64,000 bases of DNA from contig JALMLS010000446.1 in NCBI GenBank assembly GCA_038496445.1, positions 1 to 64,000 on the forward strand. The letters are read 5' to 3'. Below the pieces are notes generated by a model. It did no database searches. It worked only from the letters and a program-made list of their open reading frames with translations, and was not told where the DNA came from. Origin of the DNA: Trichosphaerium sp. ATCC 40318. Lineage: Eukaryota > Protista > Tubulinea. Every line of letters starts with the position of its first letter. Positions within the stretch are counted from its first letter, which is position 1. The position numbers were made by a program, and so were the translations under genes. Positions 37,371 through 50,419 of this stretch are shown here, piece by piece.

Positions 37371-37470
37371 TAAGAATGTTGTGGCAGCTCTTAGCGTTGA
37401 GTTACAATCAGATAATAAAAAAACTCAAATCCATACTTATATTTTCACTATCAACTTAACTCTTGGCACT
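37371..37470 (+). repeat. dispersed 100-bp copy of DCAF15 exon sequence (20063-20162)
   Basis: By-eye alignment shows 5 mismatches in 100 nt and no gaps. Confidence 0.9.
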
Positions 37471-37661
37471 ACACTACTCTACGAAATCTACATGTATTTA
37501 ACTCCCACCGAGTGAATATTTGTGATGCATTCATGAAGTTATTTTTTTTTTTTGACTTGTGAGTAACGGCTAAAGGTTCTCACTTTACAAGACAGTTGTG
37601 GGCAAGTTTTATGTACAAATTTGTTTTATTTATTTTTCATGAACGAATGAAGTTTCTTCCA

Positions 37662-40600
37662 TTACAGTTCTACTTTTGTAGGCTCTTTAGACTTATATGT
37701 GAACTCACAATGGTCACATGATGTCCAAGTCTTTTTATATTCCTTAGAGTTGATTTCAACATGGTCAAGACCATCTTCAATCTTCAACTTAAGTACACTG
37801 CCTTGATTAAATATTTGTTTCAATGTACTTGTTGTTTGACTCATTTTTGATGAAACATCAGCGTATCCTTGCATTTTGATTTCTACATCCTCTGCTCTTG
37901 TCATAGCTTCTTTATTACATATACGTATCTTACTTTCAATAACAGAAATACTCTCCCTAGATAGAAACTTAACGAAAACGACGAACTTCGTTTTTGGTTG
38001 AGAGAGAAACTTAACACTTACTTTAAGTCGCGATACTTCACTTCCTTGTCAGCAATCTGATCATCTAGCTCAACTATAGCTGTTTTCAATGCTACGATAT
38101 CTTTTTGAAGATCATCGACCTTATTTCTCTGTAGTTTCAAGGCTTCTACGACCTTTTCAAGTCGTTTACTTAATCCTTGCTTTTCGAGCTTGGAATCTTT
38201 TCCCTTGGCAACGTTTTGACCAATACCTTTTGTACAAGTTGTAGTAAGGCTATTAAGCCTCTTCTTCTCAGCTATTAGTTCTAATTTAGCCTTAGCACTG
38301 GCTGCCATATCAGCTCTTGTAGCTTCAATCTTGGCAGCATACTCTGCTTGTTTCTTTGATACAGTTGCAGCATACTTTGCTAAAAAAAAAAAGATTGTTA
38401 TCAACACAGTGCAAAATAGTGATTAACAAACAAAGAACAGATCAAAGGAGAAGATAAAAGAGGTGTGTATGAAGATGCGTACATATGAAAGTGTCTAATT
38501 TCTGCCCTGTTTCAAGAACAGAAGTGACATCATCAACATTTTCATTTGTTATTCCATTATCGATTGTATCTTTTTCTTCTTCAGATTCACCAAGTTCAAG
38601 ATTCTTCATCATTTCATCAGCTGTTTTAGTTAATTGAAGAACAGTCCTTAGCATTTTCATAACAGCTTGACTATTTTCTTTGGTCTCAGATGCGATTTTT
38701 TGAAATTGCTGCAGCACAAAAAAAGTTAATAACTCGCCAATAATGTACAAAAAAGTAAAGCAGTTAAAAAGTTGACGCTTTTGTTACCTTGAAAGTCTCC
38801 TGACGGTCTTCAAGTTTGTTAAGATTACCTTCAGTCTTTTCAAGCTTCTGTTGAAGCCCTTCATATATCATGTCCTATGCCAATAGGTTAAGTTTCGTTT
38901 TCGTATTTTTTCTCATTTTTGTGTAGAATTTGTTTTTAAACGACTGTCGTACTTGAGCGGCTATATCTATCTCTATGGCCTCTAGGCTTCTTTGAGCCTG
39001 TTCTTGTTGTTCCTTCAATGCCCTTTCTTGTTCTTCACTTTCCGTAATACGTTGTGTGAGTGTGGCAATCTGATCACGGAGAGACTTTTCTGTTTTTGAA
39101 GAAGTGACAACTGCTAACTGCCGTCTAGTCATATCTGCTTCATGAGCTTCTAATCTTGACTGCTTCTGGTTACGTTTTTTCTTTAGGTTCTCTATATCCT
39201 TATCAGGTATTATTTGCCCTTCAGCATCCTTCAGGTCCTCTTTGAGAACCTAAACAACAGAACAAAGTCAGTATCATATTTTCTAGCTTTTGAAAAAAGT
39301 TTTGGTTTGTTGATCATTTCGGAGCGTTGTCTTGAATGTACCTTGCATTCTTCTAGTTTGAGCTTTAAATTATCGCGTGTTCCAGACATACTATTATTGA
39401 TTGAGTGAAAGTTCTGTTCTATAGCAGAATACTGAGTCTTTTGTTCAATCATCTTTTTTCCTCTCGATTCCAAACTATCAAAATTATCTAATGTATCATT
39501 CACTTGCTTGATAAGCTTTTGAAGTGCTTTTAATTTATCTTCTAATAACTCCTTAAATTCAGTGAGTCTATGACGCTCTCCTGTAGGATATAAAAGGAGC
39601 GACCACTGCTCATGAGCAATGTCAAGTTCACTTGTATCGATTTTTTCCTTGTTCTTCATTAACTCCTGGCATTCTTCAAGTACTTTGTTTGGTTCACGAA
39701 TAGGCGCTCTACTTTCAAATTTATCGTTCACAATGGTTTTAGTGGTTTTAATATTCTTAGGTTCATCTTTGACACCCTGACTGGATGTTTTCAAATCAAC
39801 TTTAGCGCTGTAAGATTCCTCGACAGTTTCTACTTTGATTTTGTTAATTTTTGAACGTGTAGCTTCTTGTGGTACCTGTACTTTCACTAGCATCAGCAGG
39901 GAGTCCAGAAAGATCAAGTAGATGTACATCACTCAAAGGCTTTGTACTCTTTCCGCCAAACATTGCTAAGACGCCACCAACAATAGCACCAGCACCAAGA
40001 CTTCTTTTTGACATTTTACCATTATCGGTAGTAACAAGCCTCCATGTGCTTGTAGCTAATAAAAACCTCAATAAAAAACCCCATAAATACCAAGTGAAAC
40101 GTACCCAAGGTGAAGACCCACATGTCATCGTATGTATCATACGCTGAAGCACCACCGTAAATAACTAAATGACCCTTATGATGCTCTGCAAAATGTCCAG
40201 CACTATCACGTGTTCAAGTTAGTACTTCATTGAAAAGAAAGGTGGAAGTGTTTTTAATACATACCGTGGAGGTGGTTTGATGTTCAGTACAGGTGACATT
40301 ATAGTCCATGTAGGAGTTACAGCTTGAACATTAAGACGGTAAATATCATTAAGGAATACGCTATCACTACGACCACCAAAAACGTATATAAACCTATTGT
40401 CAATGGTAGTGGCAGTATGTTGACGTATAGGTGGAGGTGAATCTCCTTCAGCTTTTACACGACTACACTGTAATGTTTCTAAGAGATGCTTAGCAACAAG
40501 AACAGCCACGAAAGTGAAAAAATAGACAAAGATGTGTACCTGTATTCAAAACAAACAACTCGTTTGTATCACTCTTTTTAGTTTCACCGCCGAATATATA

Positions 40601-42677
40601 AATCTCTCCTGGACGTATAAAAGTTGCTGTATGGTATCTACGAGGACTAGGTACAATTCCTTTGATGTCAGCTGCTGCCCACGTCTTTGCCTCTAAATAA
40701 GAGTTAAACACTGTAAAGGCTTATAAATGCGCTAAAGAGTGCACGTACCATAGTTTAGAACATACAAGTCGTTCAATAAAGTTGTGAATAAAAGAGAAGC
40801 TCCTTCACCTCCAAAAACGAATATGTCTGGTCTATGTGGTATAACAGTAGCAGAGTGTCCTGCACGACTAGGGAAAGGAGCCATTATATTCAACTTCTTC
40901 ATGGAAGATCCACAAAGCGTAGGCTTAAGTATGAGCACATCTGAATACCATGAAGTCCTAAAGATGATTTTGTTAGTGTCAAACAATTTTTAACACGCCA
41001 AGATACCTCAAGTTTGAAGGTCCTTTACCACCTATGATAAAAATTTCGTCCGAAGATTTTGAAGTCTTTGTAGCTGTAGCGCCAAATCTTGGAGGCACAG
41101 CAGAGACTTTTTGTGGAGTCCAAGTTAACACCTAAGTTAAAAATTGTGTCAATAATATTTTTTTACTCATTTTAAAGAAGAATTTGTAAAAACACTTCAT
41201 GTACACTTACGTCATTATTGAGTGTTGTTTGTCCAAGCCATTCTTGGTAATCTTTACCTCCAGCCTTTGATAAAAATACTTTATGTACTTCTCTGAAGTT
41301 ATCTCCTTGTCTACAATCTTGACCTCCAAAAAGAAACAAACTTCGCTGATTTGAAGCAAAAGCCATCGCGTGACCACTACGAAGTGGAGGTAACTTTGAA
41401 TTATCTCCGAACAAGTCACTCTTCATCCACTCACCAGTATCTATTTATAGGAAAACAAAACAAGTAAGTTATCGTCCTGGTTTAGCTAAGAAAAAAGACT
41501 GAAATGGTGCGTACCAACGTCAAAGTAAAATATGTCATCAGTGCATTCCTTTGACTCTTTTGAACCTCCAAAAACGAGCATAATATCAAGGAACATTAAA
41601 GCTGAGTGTCCAGCTCTTGCTCCTGGTTGTACAGTATCTTTAAGCACCTCATATTGTGTCCACATATCAGTAGCTTTAAAAACGAGTTACTCACACTAAC
41701 AGATCACGTGAACAATTACTATACCTGTATCAAACTTGAAAACATCGCTGTACTTCTCAAACGGGTTCTCGCCACCAAAGACAATTAAAGACGTATCATG
41801 AGCAACAATAGAATGTCGAGATCTAGAAATTTTTAAGATTGCTTACCATTCATAAACAGAAAAAGATTAAGTTGTTTACCGTGGTTGTGGCTTTGTGCCA
41901 TCAGGTTTAATCTCAGACCAAGTACCAAGTGTAATATCAAAAACAAATATGTCGTTCATGTCACGATATCCATTGTTTCCTCCAAATATGTACATTTTAT
42001 CACCAATTATGGAAGCTCCATGATTCCTTCTCACTGAAGGTTGTGATCCAGCTGCTTTGACTTCTGTCCAAACAAATGGCTCTAAACAAATAATAAACGT
42101 GAGAACTTTCATTTTCACCGAATCTGTGAACCGGAGAATAGTGTTTACCTTGTGACATGTCAAGTGTCCATAGGTCATTATAAATATCCTCTAGTATACT
42201 ACGCCTGGACTCTCCTCCAAAGACGTATAGCGTATTGTTATTATATAGGACTGTAGAGTGTCCAGCACGAGGAGAAGGCGTTGGTGAGTCAGCAACAACC
42301 GAGGTTCGGAAAGTGTTTGATTCTATGATTGACAGTTAACCTAATTGTTGCGTTCGTGGCGTATGTAAGTACCTGTTTGGAATAACAAAAGATCTTTGTT
42401 GTTTGCATACTCAGCGTGATCCCAATGGCCGCCAATTATTATTATTTCATCTGTTAGAGGATTGAGAGTAGCCTACGGTCTTTAATTTAGAGTTTAGAAA
42501 GGTATAAAGCGTTTACGGTATGATCGGTACGTGGCCATACGGCAAGGTTCGAGGGAGGTTGTATAATAAAATGCGCGCGTCCTGAGAAGTTTTAGCATAG
42601 TTTCAACATACAATCTTTTTTGTACCAACGTGAATGGCAGCGCATAGTATTAAAAAAGCGTACAGCCGCTGACACAT
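37662..42677 (-). CDS. Kelch-repeat protein with signal peptide, long C-terminal coiled coil and C-terminal KVEL
   Basis: About 10-12 Kelch repeats (RxxH...YxFGG...D/W); N-terminus MCQRLYAFLILCAAIHV; coiled-coil exons 37662-39850. Confidence 0.8.
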
Positions 42678-42872
42678 TAACGCGGCAAAATCAAAAAAAA
42701 TGTCTTTTCGGACAGAAAAGCAACAGACACAGAATTTTGCGAATGTCAACGTAAGTCAGTCTACAAAACGTGTATAACCGCCAACACTATTAAACGGGCC
42801 TTTGTAACTTCTTTGAAGGAAGTAAGTTTCATATTAAACTTCTGAGTGGTTTATTCAGTCAATTATTACCAA

Positions 42873-43921
42873 ATGGAAGCTTTAGCGCACTTATTAAGCG
42901 CTACATCAAAAGAAATAGTAGAAGCTGTGGTCCTACAAGCGTGGAAAAATCGAAATAACCCAATCACAAAATCAGAAACTACAAGCGTGTCCAAGCAGTT
43001 GGAAATAACTCAAACAGATGCCAAAAATGTAAGTTAGTCTCCAAAACACACGAACTGTCACAGTTTAATTCCAAAAACGCGTCTAAGCACCTTTAAAGTA
43101 CTGACAACGCTATTAGCTCTTTATAGCTGTACGTCACCTTGTATGTGAGGCAGTACGAGCCCATATGGAGCCAAAAGAAATATTTGACATGGTTCCTTCG
43201 AGTATCAACGATAACCTACGTAAGCTTCTAGCAAAAATAATTTCAGGTCACATGGATAATCTTCGAGCTGATGGTGCTCGAAATCAAGTCTCGTTGCCAA
43301 AGTTAAAGGTGAGTGGCGGTCAAGTGAGATCTCTTTAGAGACCATCTTTTTTCCGGTCAAAAAAAAAAAAACCTTTCGTTATCAATGTTCTCACGTGCGT
43401 TAGAATGTAGATTGGCGTGTGGATGTTATAAGTGCTACAAGTGCGTCTTCTGAAAATGCAAAGAAGAATGTACCGACAGTGATAGTACAGTTAGAGGTAG
43501 GCATAAAGCTCTTGCTGTAGCTTTTTTTATTTCACCTCCGGACAATTACAGAAAACCAAAACATATTTCCATTTATAGTTTGCTTTGAACTACGCTTGGA
43601 GTGGTTGACCGGCGGCTTGCGTGTGATTATTTTAAACTATGTCACGAAAATCACCTTAATTTTTATTTTTCGGAAACTCCTTTAATACGCACGTGCTTGC
43701 AAAGACAAGTAAATATGCCGAAACCCAAAAAAAATTGTTTAGTATTTGAGTTTATTTTTGTTTTGAATTGACATTCTCCTTCGCAGGTTGAATCCTTACC
43801 TACACATGTGTCAAAGCCTCCAGAGATGCAAAATATCAATTTTGAAATGGATCGCGGTATGCTTGACCTCGTACTACAGAACCTCTCGAAAATACAAACA
43901 CAGCTACAAACAATTGAATAG
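42873..43921 (+). CDS. COMM-domain protein (COMMD9-like)
   Basis: VSLPKLK-NVDWRVDV, VPTVIVQLE and INFEMDRGMLDLVLQNLSKIQTQL. Confidence 0.85.
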
Positions 43922-45294
43922 AAAACACAAACTCGAAAAAAAAAATCAAACCAAAAAAAAAAGTCTGTCATAAATTCTTACGACGACCCTACCTTGTAGT
44001 ACCTTCATAACGTCATATGGCTCCCCAAAAATAACAATAATACAATATAATTTTCTTTTAACAAACCTTCTACTATTCAGGCTACACAAAAGGAACAAAT
44101 GTACACTCTTTTACTGTTTGGGTGTCATACAGATGTCGCTATACTTTGTATCTGTTTTCAAAAAACTCTACCTAACTCCACTAACTCCTACCTGTTTTCT
44201 ATGTCAATGTGATCCTTCTCATAGCTTGTATGTAACTCAGTTCCACAACATCTAGTGTGACGTGTCGGAAGTAAGGTATGTGACTTCTACCACAGCAAGT
44301 GAATTCTTGTGTAGCTTTTATTTTGGGTTTTGCGTTGAAACCTTTGTCACTAACTGCATGTACGGTAATGTCACAATGCGTCACTTTTTAAACATCCCAA
44401 GTGGAGAAACTAATGCTCCTGCTATGCAACAAACCCCGTTCCGCAAGTACAACCATGAAGTATTTACGTGCACTTCAACTATTTGAAACAATAATCTCAT
44501 TTGCATGAGATAAGGGTTCTTACACTTGACTGTTGTTCTAAACTCGGCGCCTCTACTACTGCACACGCGCGAAAAAAATCCCACAAATGATCTGGGGCAT
44601 GAGACAGCGCTTGTGGTGAGCGTAGAGAACCAAGCAGTAACGTTCAATCCTAAACCAGTCCATTCATCCAAGCATGTAATAGTTACTTGAATGGAAGAAG
44701 ACCCTAAGCGCAGTAAACCCCCTTTGTACAAAGAACGTATTGTATGTTTCGCTATGATACAACAATCCTACTTTTCGGAGTTTGACTAATCACTTCCGCA
44801 CGTCAAAAAAAAAAAAAAACTGCACAATTTCACCCAATGCGCACGTGATTTTGACCTTCAAAGCAAATACTGATCCGTAAAAGATTTATACCTTGCATTC
44901 CTTGAACTTAATAGGCCGGGTGATTCTGGGGATTCCAGATAATGCAGTATTGGTACTTCCCTAAGGCCTTTGGAAACAAAAAAGCTCCTACTAGTATTAA
45001 CGAAAAACAACACAAAAGAAAACAATGTAAACCTATCCACTTTTTTATTGAAAAAATAATAAAAAATCTTAAACACCTACGGAGTTACACAAAAAAAAAA
45101 AAAGAATCAATTCGTACATTATCGTGCACATATTCATGCATGAATGTCTTAGTCACATTTACAAGTTAAGTCTACTATAATCAGAAAGCACATTGTTTGA
45201 GAGAAGCACCTCCCGAACATTTTATTTCAAAAAAAAAATAGTATTGTGGATACTGACATCCAATAAAAACCCAACCAAATCCTAACCGAAGAAA

Positions 45295-45981
45295 ATGACC
45301 AGCAAAACAGCAATCGCGTTTTTAAGATCAATGACATCAACTACGAACCAGAATAACTATAGTAAATCAAGTATTTTCGATAACAACCGCAAATACATGC
45401 GCGATGTTATAAACAATACAGGCACGTGATATCTTTACTTTTTCGTTTTTTCTGTCATCTACATTTAAAAAACCAAACAAAAAAAGTTAGAACTTTACTT
45501 TCGGTATGAAGACAGTCTTTTCTTGGGTAGCCACTACCTACCCTTTCTTCTTACAGAAAGGGTTAACAGTGGTTGCTTTGTATTTACATAAAACTCGAGT
45601 CACACATGTACATGGCGCTGATTTCTATTATCTTTAGGCTCCAGAGCGCACTCAAAGATGTTACAACAAGACACAACTCGGTCCAGTTATTCAATAGGAA
45701 GAGGAAGTAGTAGCTTCTCTGCTCCTCCTTCTACACAACAGCGACGAAAAGGAGCCCGAACAAATCGAGCCAAATGCGTACGATACATTAGAACACAACG
45801 AGACGCCTTGTACATAAGAACTCAAAAAGCTGCCATGAAACCAAAGCGACAAGTGGTTGTTCAAACACGATGGATACACACAACAAAGCTACCTCCAGTA
45901 CATGTTATAATGAAAGAGCAAAGCGCAAAGAAACAAAATACACTAAAACTTGCGTCTGTAAACTGGGATACAACGCAGTAA
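45295..45981 (+). CDS. small basic hypothetical protein (2 exons, GC-AG intron 45422-45637)
   Basis: ATG exon joins ORF 45658-45981 in frame via a G|GCACGT donor; AATAAA lies downstream. Confidence 0.5.
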
Positions 45982-46114
45982 GTCGAACGCTAAAAACACT
46001 TGTAAATAAAAAATAAAACAATTTTTAACCTCAAACGGTCACATTAACAATTACAATAAACGCTTTGTTTCACATTGAACCTTACTGTTTATGACTGTCG
46101 TGTATTTACGCGCG

Positions 46115-46122
46115 TATATAAA
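46115..46122 (+). promoter_or_regulatory. TATA box upstream of the candidate structured RNA
   Basis: TATATAAA about 30 nt before the terminal helix, with no downstream ORF. Confidence 0.4.
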
Positions 46123-46150
46123 CTCAATCTAACCATTTCCAGTACTTTCC

Positions 46151-46454
46151 GGCGCTGTAGGGAAAAGACAATTTATAAATAAACTAAAAACTGTCCCTGA
46201 CAACCTAGGACGCATTGCATACTCTCAAGTACTATAGGTATCATTTTCGGGTGGTTTGAATATCTCCGGACGTGGGGAATGTGCTACAATCCGTAAGGAT
46301 AAAAACTAAGGGAGTATAGTAGTTTGGGTCGTTTTTGAAGTTCATCTCCGGCTCATCCAGCCATTGAGATCACGTCTAGTACTTCTGTAGCAGTATCAGA
46401 AAAAAAAGATCAGAATAGGTCAAGTACACAAGAAAGCGCCCTCCCTGCGTTGCC
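46151..46454 (+). ncRNA. candidate ~305-nt structured non-coding RNA (identity unresolved)
   Basis: 12/13-bp terminal helix 46151-46163/46442-46454 with G-U pairs favouring the + strand; several internal helices; GUAA tetraloop; lies between convergent genes. Confidence 0.55.
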
Positions 46455-46604
46455 TAAAGGTTAAAAATAAAAAAGATTGATTGAATTTTTTGCGAATTCA
46501 AAAAATCACGTGATAGCTGGTACATGGGCATGTTTTTACTTTGGGTAGGAGAAATTTTTTCCTTTTTTTTTTTTGCAAAGTTTTGTATTTTTTTTGTTTT
46601 TTTT

Positions 46605-48503
46605 TTACAACAGCTTTAAGATAACTTGCAATACTTCCTCTGTTTCAGGATCTACGCTTCTATCATTTAGAAGTATGAATAATAGAACATCATTGTTTAG
46701 GTTTCTTTTTAGGTATAGATACGCGTTATATAGTGCGTAGTGATCAGTGCGCGCCTATTGGAAAAAATAGAAAGTTAGAAAATATGTTGTTATGAAAGAA
46801 GATTTAGCACTCGGAGCTGTGTCTCTTTTTTTTTTTAACTCGTATGAAAAAAAATACCACGAGTATAACGCACTAAAACTAGTCTAAATGCGAACACCAC
46901 AACGTAGAACATGCTCTACTAAATGTACAAAAATAGAAGTTTAAAAAAATACTGCAAGGAATAAAAAAAAAAAATTAAATAGTTCCGTTGCTGTATCCGT
47001 TACTATATGCCTACCTGATCAACTAGACGTCTTATTTCATTTAATTGTTGTACAAGCTATTGGCAATAAGTAAATGAATAATACTGAGGAGGTTGTGCAT
47101 GTTTTTAATTGAGAAAAAGAAGAATAAAAGAAAAACTCTACATACCTGCATTTTATCTTGTTCTAGTTTTGCTCTTATGTGAAGAGCATCTCTTGGTTGA
47201 AACGCAAGTAATGCTTTAGCCCAACCATCGCAGTATTCATTCGTCGGAGATTCACCAAAAGATATTGTGTTATCTGTTGAAACTGTCAATGTGACACAAT
47301 CTCTCTTCGTTTCTTGGGTTTCGCTATCGGGTGAGTACGGTGATAATAAATCATACGTTTCCTCAGAAACAAGAGAAGCTGCTGCAGCGAATCTAGAAAT
47401 AAGAATAAGTCAGGAGTTAGGATTTAGAAATAAAAGAACAAAAAAAGATCGTTTGTCTTTAAAATAAAAAAGGTTTTACATGTAAAACAGGGCTGTCTAT
47501 TGGTTACTGTGCGTACCTTAGTATATCCTCGACAACAGGTTTTTTGTGTGCCGATTCAGGTGTAACATGTATGGGTTTACCGAGTAAGGCTGCGTGTAGT
47601 AAAAGTGCCAAATCCCCGACGCTAGCTGCGAGGTGAGATATAAAAAATAAACGGGGAAAAAAACACTCCTAACCGGATTGTTGATATGACACGAGAGATG
47701 TAAGTGATCTAAGTAAAAAAATTAAAATACGATAAAAAACTAGGGAACATGGAGAAGATAAACTACGAACTACGAAGTAATTGTGATGGCGCTATCAAGA
47801 GCAAAAAAAAAAAAACAAAGAAAACTTGTCAATCTTTTTTTTTTTTTGGTATCATGACAATTTCTTATGACACATCATGTCATCACGTACGCTCGTTTTA
47901 AACCAGTTGTCAAGATACGACTTCACTTCAGGGTTATTCTCTACGTTATCAGAGTCGCTCAGATAGCCTCGAAGGTTTTGTACGTATTTTGTAAGGTCTC
48001 TACTAAACCTTTTGTTTGTTAAGAGAAATAAGAGCGTATGGCGTAGTGAAGGTTCGTTAGAGTAGGATACAAATTAAAACCGTCGTTTTCTATTATTGAG
48101 ATGAGACATATAATGTACTGACCCGCTTGATCGCCTCCATTAAGCTGAGACTGTACAAGGGAGTAATAACACGTTGTAGTTCCGGAGACTGTGTTCTTGG
48201 ACATTTGCATTGTCGGGAGTATGCCTACGCGCCATTGGTACAGTAAAACAAGCGATGATTGTTGTAAATAATTTAGAGTTAACGAAAAAATTAACTAAAG
48301 CTATAAAATACGCACGTACCAATACTACCACTCTCGTGGATGAGTTTGGTACTGACTTTATGCAAAATGTACTTGGTCAGGCGTAATTTCTTTTCTTGCT
48401 CATTGTCAAGATCTGTATGTACAATTTTAAGCGTCCTTTGCTTGCCATCGTCGGTTCCAGCATTTAAAAGCTTGTACAAGCAATAAAAACACTTTTTGTC
48501 CAT
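46605..48503 (-). CDS. Njmu-R1 (C17orf75)-like protein
   Basis: YIICL...FSRDLTKYVQNL...VKSYLDNWF, LALLLHAAL, NEYCDGWAKAL and DHYALYNAYLYLK match the recalled Njmu-R1 motif order. Confidence 0.7.
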
Positions 48504-48718
48504 AACCTTATGGTTATAACGCAGTACTGAGAGCCTAGCGTCAAGTAGAATGACTTTTACTCAGAAAGCTTCGCTTAATCGCATCTCTGCCAGGGTTACC
48601 GTTTAACCAGGGCATCCCGAACAGTCTTTACAAAACAAACATCAAGTACGTCCAACTTTTCCAATTTTCTTCAATTTCGGCTTCACCTTACTCTTAATTA
48701 ATAATGGAACATAGAGAG

Positions 48719-50156
48719 ATGAAACTGTTGTTGATCATTACGACAATTTTCGCTTTGGCTTTTGCCAGCGATTTGCGTACCATCATGTTCAACGAGACAA
48801 ACATTGTTAAATTGACACTGGACGAAGTCGACGCGCTAGCTCTTGACCCAAGCATCCCTGGATTTATGGATATTACAGAGTTTCCTGACCGTAAACACGA
48901 GGTACGAACCGGCACGCGAAACAAGAAGCTGTTTTTTCATAACGACTTTTTTTTTTTGGGAAAGTTCTTTTGATTGCTCAACTCACAATTTACTTACAGG
49001 CACAACAATGCAACTACATGCCTGCACCTTCATCTGCTACACGTGGTAACGTAGTAAAGGCTTTGTTCACCCAGATTCAGGAAGAGAATGTAAAGCGTAT
49101 TGATGTGCATCTTTCAGAGTATTTTAACAGATACTACACAACTGCTGATGGTGAAGCGTCTGCCCAATGGCTTCTAGAAACTGCTCAAGGATACGCTACT
49201 GCCAATGGTAGATCAGACGTTGAGGTTAAGCGTTTCCCTCATTCATGGAGACAACCTTCAGTAATCGCCAAAATCCCTGGAACATCAAGCGAGTTTGCTC
49301 CTTATCACGTGATAATTGGCGCCCATGAAGATTCTACTGCAGGTATGCAAAGTTACTTTATTTATGCGATACGTTAGCTTTTTTTGGTTGTACCTCATAT
49401 GAGCCAAGGTGGAGCATCACGAAGAGCACCTGGTGCTTGTGATAACGGAAGCGGAAGTGCAGCTATCATGGAGGTGTTCCGTATTGTATTGAACAATGAC
49501 TTTAGACCAGAGCGTACTGTTGAATTCCATTGGTATGCTGCTGAAGAAGTTGGCCTCTACGGTAGTGCAGCTGTCGCTAATGCCTACAAAGACCAAGGTG
49601 TTTGCGTCGAAGGTACAAAAAAAGTAGGTAGCTTTTGATTAACGCTTCATTTTTAGCCATGTACAACTACGATATGGTCGCTTACTGGGCCAATAATCAA
49701 AAGAGGATTAGAGTCATTACTGACTCTGCTTTTACAGATGCTTCTTTTACTCAATTCGTTGTACGCACAATGAAGATTTTTTTCAAAGTTTTGATTTCAA
49801 TTTTGGTTCTCAAATTATTCAATGAACTTATCTCTCGTAGCGTGTTTTGATTGATGAGTATTCTGACCTTCCACAATACAACGGTGCTTATGGATACGCT
49901 GCTAGTGATCACGCTAGTTGGGCACGTGCCGGTTACAGAGCTTGTCACGCTAAAGAAAGTGGTAACTATGGACCAATCCACAGGTACTTTTTTTGTTCTT
50001 TACTTGTTGCCTGTTTTTTTAATTCTTTGTCACAGCGCAAACGATCTCCCATCAAACTTAGACTTTGAATACTCCACAGAATTCGTGAAAGTTGGTCTCG
50101 GTTGGGTATACGAGATGGGTTTCGTACCAGATAAAGCAGCTTCTGGTCCTCAATAA
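48719..50156 (+). CDS. secreted M28 leucyl aminopeptidase
   Basis: Signal peptide; GFMDIT, RYY, QPSVIAKIPG, IIGAHEDS, APGACDNGSG, YAAEEVGLYGS, YDM, SDHASW and IHS motifs. Confidence 0.92.
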
Positions 50157-50419
50157 ACTAGACTTTTCCACCAATCTAGACCTTTGTAATTCTTGTTCTG
50201 TGCACTTGTTTTACCCTACTTACTGTTGCCGTTGCACTTTATGTTTTGTGACACAATTGGGTATTTTCGATGAAGTGAACTGCAAGACAACACGTGTTTT
50301 GTTTCAGAAATCTATGCGTGTAAACTCTAACAGTTTTTCATTGAATGTACAGCTTTCTTTCCCTATTTTCCGCATAGTCTTGTCAATAAACAACGAAAGC
50401 AAGCAACAAGTCACTATAC

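Noticed and set aside
44199-44731. Cys-containing ORFs in the COMMD downstream gap
   Set aside because: No convincing start, splice pattern or family motif; left unannotated.
46228-46250. U3 snoRNA box A-like string (TACTATAGGTATCATTT)
   Set aside because: It lies in the middle of the structured element, and boxes B/C/D are not evident.
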